A DNA stretch of 57,342 bases from Bacteroidales bacterium (GCA_017964755.1 JAGCRI010000176.1:1-57342); one strand, 5' to 3'. Positions 1 to 10,215 are shown, counted from the stretch's first letter. Notes: a model not told the origin generated them from the sequence alone. Translations and numbers: made by a program.

Positions 1-252
1 AGTATACAACACCTCGCGCACGACACCGCCAACAAGGTACGCACGGAACTCGCAACAGCTATCGAGAACTTCATCACTTCTGACAGTATACAACACCTCG
101 CGCACGACACCGCCAACAAGGTACGCACGGAACTCGCAACAGCTATCGAAAACTTCCTCTCATCTGATAGCATTCAGCACCTTGCTCACGACACTGCAAA
201 CGTTCTCCGCAAAGAATTCAAAACTGTGATAAAGGATTTCATTAAATCTGAC
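1..252 (+). repeat. In-frame 84-bp (28-codon) tandem repeat array inside the giant surface-protein gene
   Basis: Unit 1 (1-84) and unit 2 (85-168) are identical over their first 65 nt and match at 79/84 positions overall. Unit 3 (169-252) is a diverged copy, and a further degenerate SDSIQ-type unit follows. Confidence 0.9.
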
Positions 253-3200
253 AGCATTCAGCAGCTTGTTGAAGATTCCCTGAAGAACTATGCGAAGACA
301 ACAGATCTCCCGACTGTCAACGACAATACCATCACAATTCAGAAGAACGGCGTTGATGTAGATAATTTCACTCTTAATGCTTCATCTGACAAGGCTATTA
401 ATATTACCGTCCCGACGACAGTTGCTGAACTTTCTGACGCAAATACATACCTTAAATCAGATAGCATCCAACATCTTGTTAAAGATTCTCTCGCCAACTA
501 TGCTAAAACATCTTCTTTGGCTACGGTCGCGACAACTGGCAGCTATAACGATCTGACAGACCAACCGACAATTCCGAGCACAGTCGCTGAATTGTCAGAC
601 GCTTCAAATTACGCATTAGTAGCGGGGAACAATACTTTCAGTGGAACAAACACTTTCTCAAGCACAGTTACAGTTCCGCAAGCGGTGAACACTACCACCC
701 TCGCTTACACTAATAACGAAATGCAGGCCGTGTCTTACAAGGATCTTATGTTCCTATTTGACTCAATCCAGGCCAAATTCAACCAAATGCAGAAGGTTAT
801 CGACTCTTTGTCTGTTTTGGTCAATAACTCTCGAACAGCTCCTAATATTACGAACCTTCATATAACTCCACATACAAATTCAATGGACCTGGAGGCTTCG
901 ATCGCTATTGGAAGCTCTGCAATCACAGCACGTTATTTCTACTATAGTACTGTTAACAACATGGCTACGGCAACAAGCGTAAGTAGCGCATCAAATAACA
1001 CGACTATCACAGGTCTCACCGAAAATACCACATATTATATATGGGTAGTTGCTTCTAACTCAGTAGGTACAGACACATCAGCTGTCTTCTCAGCAACAAC
1101 AACACCGGGAATGCCTTCTATAAGTAACTTCCTCCTCGCATCAACTGACAACGGTCGTGGTATTATTGTTACAGCTGATGTGAATTTGCAAGGTGCGAGT
1201 TCGGCTACACTTAATATTAAATACGTTGAGACAGGAGAGACGGATACCCTTACATATTCTTCAACAATAAATTCTTCTATAAATGAGACAATTTCTTCCC
1301 TTAATATAGCTACGGACTACACTGTTATCATAACGGTGGACAATGGTGCCGATGTTCCCGCAACGCAATCCGGAACTGTAACAACATACGGGCTGCCTAC
1401 TGTCGCTTCCACAACAGCTGCGAGTAGCATAACATACACTACAGCTGTCAGCGGCGGTAATGTCACTGCAAGCGGCGGAGCTTCTGTAATAAGGCGCGGT
1501 GTATGTTGGGTTGCCAGCCCTGCAATTCCTACCATTGCAAATGACACGACAATTGACGGTTCGGGAACAGGTATCTTTACAAGTATTCTCAAAGACCTGA
1601 CTGCTTCAACAACATATAATGTGAGAGCATACGCTACAACACCTGTCGGCACGGCATACGGTCCTGTTCAAACTTGTACGACTATTGTGGGCACGCTTCC
1701 GTCAATCACATTGAATACTACATATACAGCCGCCTATTCTTATAATGCAATTGCTTGCGATGCTGAAGTAACCTCGGCCGGCTCTGAACCAATTATAGAG
1801 ACCGGTTTCTGCTATAGCTCCACTAATTCCACACCGAGAATCTCAGATAATGTTTGGGTTAACTCAAGCACATCATTAGGAAACATTTATGATACTATTA
1901 GAGGTCTAACGACTAACACAACCTATTATGTATGCGCATACGCTACCAGTGACATTGGTACGGCATACAGTGCTGCAAAATCCATTACATTGTCGTTTGC
2001 TTGCGGCACCAGCACAATTACGGATTATGACAATAACGCTTACAATACTGTAGCTATAGGGAAGCAATGCTGGTTTAAAGAAAATCTCCGCTCGACTCAT
2101 TATCCTAGCGGTGATCCAATAACAGCAGCATCCAGTTTCTCTGCGACTTCTCCTTCAATAGGTTATTATTACCATGTCGCTAACAATAGTGCTAATGACG
2201 CTACCCGCGGACTGATTTACAATTGGTCGGCTGTTATGCATGGCAGTGCCTCTTCTGACGCCATGCCAAGCGGTGTACAAGGCATCTGTCCTGAAGGTTG
2301 GCATGTTCCGAGTCACGCTGAACTCACCTCCCTCTTAGATTATGTTAACAGCATAGATGAATACAAATGTAACTTAACAGATGGGTATATAGCAAAGGCA
2401 TTGGCTTCAACCCAATATTTTGAATCAACATCTACAGTTGTTTGTACTGCAGGCAATGATCGTGAAAGTAACAATAGCACAGGTTTCTCAATGGTGCCAG
2501 TAGGTATGGAAGGCGGTAACTCCAGAAGTAATAAGGATGCCACAATATGGTCTTCTACATTAAAAAGCATTGATACTGCCTACTTCTTAAGAGTTGACTA
2601 CGCGCAACCTAAAGTTAATTGGGTTGACATAGGTTCAAAACCAGCAGACCATAAGAAGCATGCTTTTGCCGTCCGTTGTGTCCTTAACGACACTATTGCA
2701 CTTCCTACACCTGATGTCAGAACTGCAGCTGTAAGCAATATTACCACAACCACAGCCTTAGCTGGTGGCAGAATTGCCGCCAATGCCATTTATGTAACTG
2801 AGAGTGGTATTTGCTACAGTACCTCAAATACGACACCCACAATCTCCGATACAAAAGTAGTTATCCCTATTTCAGATCCGGACTCCAATACTTTCACGAG
2901 CACTATTACAAGCCTCGGAGCAGGACAAACCTATTATTTGCGTGCTTACGCAATCAGCATTACCGGGACATTTTATGGAGAGGCCGTGAGTTTCACCACC
3001 GTAGCACCTTTTGTATGTGAGACAAGTACAGTTTCAGATTATGACAATAATGTGTATAACACAGTACAAATTGACGGACAGTGCTGGTTGAAAGAAAACC
3101 TGAGAACCACACATTACTCTGACGGTACCGCAATCCCATTGGGAAGCGGATATTCTGAAACTGCCAATTATCTCCATGTGGCAGGAGATGGTTCGAATGA

Positions 3201-3675
3201 TGCAACGTATGGTCTGCTCTATAATCATAAGGCTGTAATGAATGGAGCAGCCAGCATAAATGCTGTGCCGAGCGGAGTTCAGGGAGTTTGTCCGACAGGA
3301 TGGCACGTTCCAAGCCGGGCTGAATATGAAAATCTTCTTACATATTTATATAGCGATGCTGAATACCAATGTGGCGGCAATAGTAGCGATGTAGCCAAAT
3401 CATTAGCTTCCACCACAACATGGAACTCGAGTACCACTTCTTGTGCTATTGGCTACGATACATCAACAAATAACGCGACAGGATTCAGTGCAGTGGCTGC
3501 AGGCGGTTGGTTCGGCAATTATTTTAATAAAGGTATTTATGCTGAATTACAAACTACTACCTCAGTTGACACTTCCGTTAGTTTATTCAGATTATACAAA
3601 GATTCTCCCAACTGTTATATGTTCGGCAGTCGCGACATAGGCGACTATTTCCCTGTCCGTTGCCTTCGCGATTAA
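1..3675 (+). CDS. 5'-truncated giant surface/adhesin-like protein with tail-fibre-like 28-aa repeats, Fn3/Ig-like repeats and two FISUMP (Fibrobacter succinogenes major paralogous, TIGR02145-type) lectin-like domains
   Basis: Frame 1 has no stop from nt 1 up to the GTG at 226 used by the ORF track, so the gene enters from upstream. SDSIQHL... repeats are followed by TVAELSD and ATVATTGSYNDLTDQP tail-fibre-like motifs. Several roughly 90-aa repeats end in TTYY(V/L)RAYA..G.(A/F)YG. There are two FISUMP signatures: ITDYDNNAYNTVAIGKQCWFKENL...GLIYNW...GICPEGWHVPSHAEL...VRC (about nt 1998-2690) and VSDYDNNVYNTVQIDGQCWLKENL...GLLYNH...GVCPTGWHVPSRAEY...VRCLRD (about nt 3013-3672). Confidence 0.8.
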   Translation, partial: SIQHLAHDTANKVRTELATAIENFITSDSIQHLAHDTANKVRTELATAIENFLSSDSIQHLAHDTANVLRKEFKTVIKDFIKSDSIQQLVEDSLKNYAKTTDLPTVNDNTITIQKNGVDVDNFTLNASSDKAINITVPTTVAELSDANTYLKSDSIQHLVKDSLANYAKTSSLATVATTGSYNDLTDQPTIPSTVAELSDASNYALVAGNNTFSGTNTFSSTVTVPQAVNTTTLAYTNNEMQAVSYKDLMFLFDSIQAKFNQMQKVIDSLSVLVNNSRTAPNITNLHITPHTNSMDLEASIAIGSSAITARYFYYSTVNNMATATSVSSASNNTTITGLTENTTYYIWVVASNSVGTDTSAVFSATTTPGMPSISNFLLASTDNGRGIIVTADVNLQGASSATLNIKYVETGETDTLTYSSTINSSINETISSLNIATDYTVIITVDNGADVPATQSGTVTTYGLPTVASTTAASSITYTTAVSGGNVTASGGASVIRRGVCWVASPAIPTIANDTTIDGSGTGIFTSILKDLTASTTYNVRAYATTPVGTAYGPVQTCTTIVGTLPSITLNTTYTAAYSYNAIACDAEVTSAGSEPIIETGFCYSSTNSTPRISDNVWVNSSTSLGNIYDTIRGLTTNTTYYVCAYATSDIGTAYSAAKSITLSFACGTSTITDYDNNAYNTVAIGKQCWFKENLRSTHYPSGDPITAASSFSATSPSIGYYYHVANNSANDATRGLIYNWSAVMHGSASSDAMPSGVQGICPEGWHVPSHAELTSLLDYVNSIDEYKCNLTDGYIAKALASTQYFESTSTVVCTAGNDRESNNSTGFSMVPVGMEGGNSRSNKDATIWSSTLKSIDTAYFLRVDYAQPKVNWVDIGSKPADHKKHAFAVRCVLNDTIALPTPDVRTAAVSNITTTTALAGGRIAANAIYVTESGICYSTSNTTPTISDTKVVIPISDPDSNTFTSTITSLGAGQTYYLRAYAISITGTFYGEAVSFTTVAPFVCETSTVSDYDNNVYNTVQIDGQCWLKENLRTTHYSDGTAIPLGSGYSETANYLHVAGDGSNDATYGLLYNHKAVMNGAASINAVPSGVQGVCPTGWHVPSRAEYENLLTYLYSDAEYQCGGNSSDVAKSLASTTTWNSSTTSCAIGYDTSTNNATGFSAVAAGGWFGNYFNKGIYAELQTTTSVDTSVSLFRLYKDSPNCYMFGSRDIGDYFPVRCLRD

Positions 3676-3688
3676 ATTGAATTTTTTT

Positions 3689-3696
3689 TATCTTTG
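3689..3696 (+). promoter_or_regulatory. Bacteroidetes sigma-ABfr-type -7 box (TAnnTTTG) for the glycan operon
   Basis: TATCTTTG lies 20 nt upstream of the ATG at 3716. The ORF-track TTG start at 3677 lies upstream of this box, so a transcript from this promoter would not include it. Confidence 0.45.
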
Positions 3697-3715
3697 CCGT
3701 TTAAAGATAAAAAAA

Positions 3716-5005
3716 ATGAAAGTTCCTTTTTCTCCGCCAAGGATTGATGAAAAAACGATAGAAGCGGTTACCGAAGTTCTGCGTTCAGGCTGGATTACCA
3801 CTGGCCCGAGGACCAAAGAATTTGAACGCCGTTTGGCTGAATATTGCAATGTTTCCAATGTCCTGTGTGTGAATTCCGCTTCCGCCGGACTTGAGCTTGT
3901 GCTGCACTGGTTCGGGGTCGGGCCGGGCGATGAGGTGATTCTCCCCGCATACACATACACAGCCACAGCCAACGTGGTACTTCACTGCGGCGCGAAACCC
4001 GTTATGGTTGACGTGAAAGACGATTTTAATATTGATGTCGCACTGATTGAGAAAGCCATAACCCCACGCACCAAAGTCATCATGCCAGTCGATATTGCCG
4101 GTTGGCCGTGCAACTATTACAAAATTAACGATTTGGTGCGGCGGAGCGACATTGTGCAAATGTTCTCGCCCACAACAGAAGAGCAGCGCAAACTCAGCAG
4201 AATACTCGTCCTTTCAGACGCCGCCCACTCATTAGGGGCAATGTACGCTAACGCACGCACCGGCAGTCTGACTGACATCACCGTCTTCTCTTTCCACGCC
4301 GTCAAAAACCTTACTACTGCTGAGGGTGGCGCAATCTGTTTCAACCTTCAAGAGCCTTTTGATAATGGTGAAATATATAAAACTTTGTGTGTTAAATCAT
4401 TACATGGACAAACAAAAGACGCTTTCTCCAAAATGAAGGTCGGGGCTTGGCGTTACGATGTGGTTGAAGCCGGATACAAATGCAATATGACTGACATTCT
4501 CGCAGCCATAGGTTTGGTGGAGTTGGAGCGGTATGACCGTTATTTTGATAGTATTACAGATAGTGATGATTGCAAAATTTCCAATACTGGCAACTCTTCC
4601 TCAATGCTCGAAACGCGTTATAAGATTTTCAGCATTTATTCGGAAGAGTTTTCAAAGCACGACTGCTTTATTATTCCGCCGTATGGTAGCTATAGTGATG
4701 GAATACATAGTTCATATCACGCTTATCTGCTCCGTATCAAAGGCGCCACGGAGGAGCAGCGCGATGAGATTATCCAAAAGATTTCTGAAAACGATGTCGC
4801 TGTAAATGTGCATTTCCAGCCGTTGCCACTGCTCACATGTTATAAGAATCTCGGTTACAAAATCGAAGATTATCCTGTCGCTTACAAAAACTATTCATGC
4901 GAAATCAGTCTGCCGGTTTTTTATGATATGACATACGGCCAGATCGAACTGGTTATAAAAAGTGTTATTGATGCAACTTATTCAGTATTAAGACATAATT
5001 CATAA
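3716..5005 (+). CDS. DegT/DnrJ/EryC1/StrS-family PLP-dependent sugar aminotransferase
   Basis: The N-terminus VPFSPPRIDEKTIEAVTEVLRSGWITTGPRTKEFERRLAEYC, together with SFHAVKNLTTAEGG (Schiff-base Lys context), is typical of the family. The start was moved to the ATG at 3716, downstream of the promoter box. Confidence 0.85.
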   Translation: MKVPFSPPRIDEKTIEAVTEVLRSGWITTGPRTKEFERRLAEYCNVSNVLCVNSASAGLELVLHWFGVGPGDEVILPAYTYTATANVVLHCGAKPVMVDVKDDFNIDVALIEKAITPRTKVIMPVDIAGWPCNYYKINDLVRRSDIVQMFSPTTEEQRKLSRILVLSDAAHSLGAMYANARTGSLTDITVFSFHAVKNLTTAEGGAICFNLQEPFDNGEIYKTLCVKSLHGQTKDAFSKMKVGAWRYDVVEAGYKCNMTDILAAIGLVELERYDRYFDSITDSDDCKISNTGNSSSMLETRYKIFSIYSEEFSKHDCFIIPPYGSYSDGIHSSYHAYLLRIKGATEEQRDEIIQKISENDVAVNVHFQPLPLLTCYKNLGYKIEDYPVAYKNYSCEISLPVFYDMTYGQIELVIKSVIDATYSVLRHNS

Positions 5006-5009
5006 AAAA

Positions 5010-5486
5010 ATGAAAAAGTTTTTTTACTTTGCTTTAATATGCTCCATAGCAATCATATCAGGATGCAAACAAAGCGGAGACGAGGTGGTAGGTGATTTCA
5101 CGCACGAATTTCCAGCGAAAAAGTGGCTGCGTTTCAATGAGGCCGCAGGAGACGTGGAGTCTAACTATATAATCCACGAAGTTGATATAGAGGACACCGC
5201 CGCCGCTTATACCATATCACTCGATTTCCGCTACACGCCGCGCATAAGCGAAACCAATATACCGTTGGTGTTTTCGGTAATATCACCTGACGGGGAGGAG
5301 TCGCACATCCGTCCTACCCTACTTATCACCGACAAGAATAAGGGTATTGTCTCAAAAGTCATTTATCCGATAAAATATTTCAAAGTTCCCGGAACATATA
5401 AAATAATATTCTTCCAAAAGACGACCAAAATGGCGATTGACGGCGCGGTTTCAACAAATGTGAAAGTTACAAAAACAGGAAAGTAG
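5010..5486 (+). CDS. Small lipoprotein, possibly GldH-like
   Basis: It has a signal peptide with a lipobox (IISGC). Its size (158 aa) and motif spacing (W...F...Y.I.LDFRY....N.PL....SPDG ... PGTYKI) are reminiscent of gliding-motility lipoprotein GldH. The family call is tentative. Confidence 0.5.
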   Translation: MKKFFYFALICSIAIISGCKQSGDEVVGDFTHEFPAKKWLRFNEAAGDVESNYIIHEVDIEDTAAAYTISLDFRYTPRISETNIPLVFSVISPDGEESHIRPTLLITDKNKGIVSKVIYPIKYFKVPGTYKIIFFQKTTKMAIDGAVSTNVKVTKTGK

Positions 5487-5516
5487 AACTATGCTAACAC
5501 CCGCTAAAAAATCATC

Positions 5517-6788
5517 ATGGAAAAATTAATCAAGAGGATTTTTGGCAACAGGATACTGAAACATGCCACGACATTGGTCACCGGCACTGTGGTCGCACAG
5601 CTCATCCTTATAGCGGTACAGTTGGTGATACGCCGCCTCTACTCGGCCGATGACTTCGGTGCGTTCTCGATATACATGAGCATTGTCAGTATTCTCGTCA
5701 TAGTGGTTACAATGCGTTACGAACTCGCAGTTGTGCTGCCAAAAGAGGAGAAAACTGCCACATCGCTCCTTTTAGGCGGAATTTTCATTTCTTTTGGCCT
5801 CAACATTATTTTCTTTCTGATTATTTTTTTCTTAAACGACCCTATCTCCAATTTTTTTAAAATACCACCCGGATACAAAAAATGGCTCTATTGGATTCCT
5901 ATATCCACATTTCTGTATTCTGTTTACCAGTTTTTCAACTATTGGCTCACACGGCATTCGGCTTACAAAGCCATCTCATTAAACAAAGTATGCCGCAGGA
6001 CATCTGAAGGGCTTGTGCAAATTGCAGGCGGGGTGGCAAAAGTTCAGCGCGGACTTGTTTTTGGCGACATCTTCGGGAATTTTATAAATATCATTTCAGC
6101 GTATGTCCAAGCCACCCGCAGAGGACTCACTTTTAACGGACAAACAGCACAAAGTGTTTCAAATGCCCTGCGTACATATTCAGAATTTCCTAAATATCAG
6201 GCAATTCCAGCTGTACTTAATACTACAAGCACTCTGCTTCCTGTTTTTTTTCTAAATGCTTTCTTCGGAGTGTCAGTAACAGGATACTTTGACCTCAGCC
6301 GGCAGATTCTTGCAGTACCCATCGCTTTTATCACAGCTTCGCTTATGCAGGTTTTACTTAAAGAACTTCGCGACAAAGTCGTTGGAAAACAGAAGATTAC
6401 GGAAACCATACTGAAAACAGCCGGCGTGCTGGCAGCGATAATTTGCCCATTCGCATTAATCATCATTCTTTGGGGGCCACAGCTATTCTCGTTTTTCTTT
6501 TCCCCCGCGTGGACCGAATCAGGTTACTATGCGCGGATTCTTTCATTCGCCTTTGCTGCCCAGTTTATAGTCTCCCCTCTTAGCATTAGTTTTACTGTTT
6601 TGGAAAAGCTTAAAACATTGGCTATCTGGCAAATCTGCTATTTCTTCCTTATTCTTTCACTTTACTTCTTCAAATTTTTGCCAATACAACAGTTCCTGAT
6701 TGTTTTTACTGTTTTTAATGTGATAGCATACATTGTCTATTTTGTTATGATTGTAGTACAATGCAAAAAATTCGACAAGTTACTATGA
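5517..6788 (+). CDS. Oligosaccharide/polysaccharide flippase (Wzx-like, MOP superfamily)
   Basis: The protein is 423 aa and polytopic with many hydrophobic helices. It sits in a glycan-locus context, and its N-terminal helix-1 pattern is typical of Wzx. Confidence 0.7.
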   Translation: MEKLIKRIFGNRILKHATTLVTGTVVAQLILIAVQLVIRRLYSADDFGAFSIYMSIVSILVIVVTMRYELAVVLPKEEKTATSLLLGGIFISFGLNIIFFLIIFFLNDPISNFFKIPPGYKKWLYWIPISTFLYSVYQFFNYWLTRHSAYKAISLNKVCRRTSEGLVQIAGGVAKVQRGLVFGDIFGNFINIISAYVQATRRGLTFNGQTAQSVSNALRTYSEFPKYQAIPAVLNTTSTLLPVFFLNAFFGVSVTGYFDLSRQILAVPIAFITASLMQVLLKELRDKVVGKQKITETILKTAGVLAAIICPFALIIILWGPQLFSFFFSPAWTESGYYARILSFAFAAQFIVSPLSISFTVLEKLKTLAIWQICYFFLILSLYFFKFLPIQQFLIVFTVFNVIAYIVYFVMIVVQCKKFDKLL

Positions 6789-8077
6789 GTAGGCTAAAAT
6801 CGTTCATTGTGCTGACTTTAGGCAATAAATGGGTTCATGTGGCAGCCTTAATCATATATTATGCCCTCATGGTTCGCGAATACTATAATTTTGTCTGCCC
6901 TCATTTTTCACATCTTCGCTTCAAGTGGCATTACTCCACTGCGTCAATACTTATCGGGACCGTGCTGATTGCGCTTTTATCCGTTTGCGTTTTCAAGTTA
7001 AGGCACTCCTCAGGCTTTGCACACGCCCTCGCTGTTTTTGTATCTGTCCTTTTTTGTGTTCCGTCAATAGTCTTGTACCAATTCGGCAGTTGCAGCATTT
7101 TTCCATGCCTATATTCACTGCTGTTCATATTTTTGATTTCAATCAGTCTGCCAAATATCCCGTCACACACCGTCCCCACTGTTCCACAACGGTACCGTGT
7201 CCCATTGCTTGCAGCTTTGGCAGGCATTATGATTATACCTTTCTTTTTTGTTTTCGGTTTCAATTTTGACTTCAGTGTTTTCTCAATGGGGCAGGAGATA
7301 TACACGGCGCGGGCTGCGGCGCGGGCTCGCTCAACAACACTCACATCCTATCTTTTCGGCCCGCTTACAAAAGTTCTGCTGCCAATACTGCTTGTGATAG
7401 GACTCGCGCGAAAAAACTGGATATTGGTATTCCTATCTATTGCTGCATTGCTATACATTTTTCTTGTGAATCCTCATAAGTTTGTATTTCTTTCGGTTTT
7501 TCTCATTATTCTTTTTTTCTTTTTTGATGATTATAACCTTAAATCCGGGATTGCGCTTTGTGGTGTTGTTCTAATGATAGGGGCAAGTGCTTTATTCACA
7601 TTTGTTTCCGGCAATATTCTTCCGGAAAGCATTCTCGTGAGAAGAATGTTTTTTGTGCCTGCCCAACTCAGCAGTGCCTACTTTTCTTTCTTCGACAATA
7701 ATCACATCTATCTATCTCACAGTATATTACATCATTTTATTGAATATCCTTACCATTTGGACCCGCCTCACGTAATTGGACTGTATATGTATGGGCGGAC
7801 AAACGTGAGCTGCAATACAGGCTTTATCGGTGACGGTTTTATGAATTTCGGCCACTTCGGAGCACTCCTGTTCACAATCGGGACAGCCGCGGTTTTCCGT
7901 TTTCTTGAAAGCCTTAGGCTCAAACCGGAATTTTTCGGAGTGATACTGCTCACACTGTTCACTTTTTTAAACAGCGCATTTTTAACAAGCCTTTTGACTC
8001 ATGGGGTGATTTTCCTTATGATTGTTGCTCTTTTTTTCTTAAAAACAGATAAAGATATTGGAGAAAATGAAAAATAA
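6785..8077 (+). CDS. Polytopic membrane protein, putative repeat-unit polymerase (Wzy-like)
   Basis: It is very hydrophobic with more than 10 predicted helices and sits between Wzx and the glycosyltransferases. The ATG at 6785 overlaps the upstream TGA stop (ATGA), suggesting translational coupling. No diagnostic motif was seen. Confidence 0.45.
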   Translation: MSRLKSFIVLTLGNKWVHVAALIIYYALMVREYYNFVCPHFSHLRFKWHYSTASILIGTVLIALLSVCVFKLRHSSGFAHALAVFVSVLFCVPSIVLYQFGSCSIFPCLYSLLFIFLISISLPNIPSHTVPTVPQRYRVPLLAALAGIMIIPFFFVFGFNFDFSVFSMGQEIYTARAAARARSTTLTSYLFGPLTKVLLPILLVIGLARKNWILVFLSIAALLYIFLVNPHKFVFLSVFLIILFFFFDDYNLKSGIALCGVVLMIGASALFTFVSGNILPESILVRRMFFVPAQLSSAYFSFFDNNHIYLSHSILHHFIEYPYHLDPPHVIGLYMYGRTNVSCNTGFIGDGFMNFGHFGALLFTIGTAAVFRFLESLRLKPEFFGVILLTLFTFLNSAFLTSLLTHGVIFLMIVALFFLKTDKDIGENEK

Positions 8078-9173
8078 AATTTGTCATCTCACTTCTGTCC
8101 ACCCGACATTTGACACCCGCATTTTTTGGAAAGAGTGCGTTTCGCTGCAACGTGCCGGCTTCGATGTCAGTTTGGTAGTGGCCGGCGCCACTGACCAAGT
8201 TGCCGATGGGGTTAAGATTTATGGCGTTAAAAAATTCCCTGACAGGTTTTCTCGCATCTTAAAATCGGGGAAGCCAATTCTGCAAAAGGCGCTTGAAATT
8301 GATGCCGACATTTATCATTTTCACGATCCTGAGCTGCTTTCTGTCGGAAAAAAGTTATCCGCAAAAGGTAAAAAAGTGATATACGACAGCCACGAAGACC
8401 TGCCGCGGCAGATTCTGACCAAACCGTGGATTCCGAAATTCATGCGCAGTTTGGTTTCAAAGTTAGTGGAATTTGTGGAAAACAGCCGCGTCAGGAAAAT
8501 GAGCGCCGTAGTCGCTGCGACACCACACATACAGGAACGTTTTCAGAAAGTTACCAAAGCGCAAGTTATATCTGTATGTAACTATCCTATAATCAGTGAA
8601 ATAACTTACAATAATAATTGGGAGAAGAAAGAAAAAGCGGTATGCTATGTAGGCGGGCTATTCCTTGAACGTGGTATTTTTGAGATGGTGCGCGCGGCGG
8701 GCGCGGCAAACGTCCGTCTCAAATTGGCAGGCTCATTCTCGCCCGCCGCGCTGAAGACGCAAGTGGAAAGCGAACCTGCATGGAAAAACACTGATTTCTA
8801 CGGTTTTATCGGGCGTGAAGAGATTAACAGACTATTGGGCGAATCAATGGCGGGACTGCTCCTTCTGCACCCGATGCCGAGCTATAAGGATTCGCTGCCT
8901 ATTAAACTTTTTGAGTATATGGCAGCCGGTATCCCTGTCATTTGTTCCGATTTTCCTCTCTGGAAATCAATAGTTTATGAATCAGGATGCGGCGTATGCG
9001 TCAATCCTCAGAATCTTGAAAAGATTTCAGAAGAGATTAGCAGCATTACAGAAAATCCGGAAAAAGCCCGCGAGATGGGTGAAAACGGTCGCAAGGCTGT
9101 TCTTGAAAAATATAATTGGGGAACACAGGAAAAAATTTTGTTAGAATTATATAACTCTCTGCTTAACAACTAA
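8067..9173 (+). CDS. Glycosyltransferase family 4 (GT-B)
   Basis: The N-terminal HLTSVHPTFDTRIFWKEC and the C-terminal EYMAAGIPVICSD (E-x7-E region) support the call. The ATG at 8067 overlaps the upstream gene by 11 nt. Confidence 0.8.
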   Translation: MKNKICHLTSVHPTFDTRIFWKECVSLQRAGFDVSLVVAGATDQVADGVKIYGVKKFPDRFSRILKSGKPILQKALEIDADIYHFHDPELLSVGKKLSAKGKKVIYDSHEDLPRQILTKPWIPKFMRSLVSKLVEFVENSRVRKMSAVVAATPHIQERFQKVTKAQVISVCNYPIISEITYNNNWEKKEKAVCYVGGLFLERGIFEMVRAAGAANVRLKLAGSFSPAALKTQVESEPAWKNTDFYGFIGREEINRLLGESMAGLLLLHPMPSYKDSLPIKLFEYMAAGIPVICSDFPLWKSIVYESGCGVCVNPQNLEKISEEISSITENPEKAREMGENGRKAVLEKYNWGTQEKILLELYNSLLNN

Positions 9174-9175
9174 TT

Positions 9176-10183
9176 ATGAAAACTGTATCTATTGTAATTC
9201 CGTGCAGGAACGAAGCTGGTTACATCACCGCCTGCCTTGATTCAATCATAGCTTCAGATTACCCCAAAAATTACCTGTCGGTTTATGTTTGCGACGGGCT
9301 CAGCACCGACGGCACAAAAGAAAAAATAGAGGAGTACGCTGCACAATTCCCGTTCATCCATCTGATTGTCAATGAAAAGCAGACAACCCCATACGCACTT
9401 AATTTGGGTATTCGCGCTGACAACAGCGACGTGGCGATTATCTTGGGCGCGCACAGCACCATTGAACCGGATTTTATCACAAATAATTGTAAGGCTCTCT
9501 TCTCAGATGAATCTGTCGGGTGCGCCGGCGGGACCTTAGTGAACAGTTATGACAATGACTTGTCACGCGCAATAGGCTACGCAATGTCACAGCCGTTTGG
9601 CGTCGGCAACGCCTATTTCCGCACAGGAACCAAAGCCGGATACGTGGATACTGTCGCTTTCGGAAGCTATAAGCGCGAAGTTTTTGATAAAATCGGATAC
9701 TTTGACGAGCAGCTCACACGCAATCAGGATGATGAATTTAATTTCAGGGTAAAAAAGTCAGGTTTTAAGATTTTACTTGACCCGTCAATCCGTTCCCATT
9801 ATGTGGTGCGCTCCTCTTTTGGCAGGCTTTTGCGACAATATTTCCAGTATGGCTATTGGAAAGTCTTTGTAAATCAAAAATATAAGATGATAACAACTAT
9901 ACGGCAATTAGTACCTTTCCTTTTTGTGGCATTCCTTGTTGCCGGTGCGGTCGCTTCAATTTTTTCTTCATTGTGCCGATGGCTTTATGGCATGATACTT
10001 TTGGCATATCTGCTTTTGGCATTCTATTTTGCCGCAACATCAAAACTATCCATAAAACATTGGGTTTCAATCATATTATCATTTCTGATTCTTCATATCG
10101 GGTATGGCTGCGGCTACTGGGTCGGCATTTGGGATTTTTTAATACTTAAAAAGAACCCCGCCTACGACAAACTTAGCCGCTGA
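9176..10183 (+). CDS. Glycosyltransferase family 2 with C-terminal membrane helices
   Basis: VSIVIPCRNEAGYI, a DGLSTDGT (DxD-type) motif and QDDEFNFR are followed by hydrophobic C-terminal segments. Confidence 0.85.
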   Translation: MKTVSIVIPCRNEAGYITACLDSIIASDYPKNYLSVYVCDGLSTDGTKEKIEEYAAQFPFIHLIVNEKQTTPYALNLGIRADNSDVAIILGAHSTIEPDFITNNCKALFSDESVGCAGGTLVNSYDNDLSRAIGYAMSQPFGVGNAYFRTGTKAGYVDTVAFGSYKREVFDKIGYFDEQLTRNQDDEFNFRVKKSGFKILLDPSIRSHYVVRSSFGRLLRQYFQYGYWKVFVNQKYKMITTIRQLVPFLFVAFLVAGAVASIFSSLCRWLYGMILLAYLLLAFYFAATSKLSIKHWVSIILSFLILHIGYGCGYWVGIWDFLILKKNPAYDKLSR

Positions 10184-10215
10184 TAAAAGGTCTGCGATAA
10201 TATTGGAAATTTGCT

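Noticed and set aside
1-252. CRISPR-like array suggested by the regular 84-bp repeats
   Set aside because: The repeats are contiguous with no spacers. They are in frame and part of a long open reading frame encoding a 28-aa protein repeat.
3190-3198. GGTTCGAAT, a tRNA T-arm-like string
   Set aside because: It lies inside the FISUMP coding frame (DGSNDA) and has no surrounding cloverleaf potential.
3677-3715. ORF-track TTG starts at 3677, 25229, 31295 and 34534 that would add N-terminal extensions
   Set aside because: At 25229, 31295 and 34534 the TTG is the last three bases of the TAnnTTTG -7 promoter box itself. At 3677 the TTG lies upstream of the box. In all four cases the start would be absent from the transcript. 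The downstream ATG codons give sensible N-termini and signal peptides.
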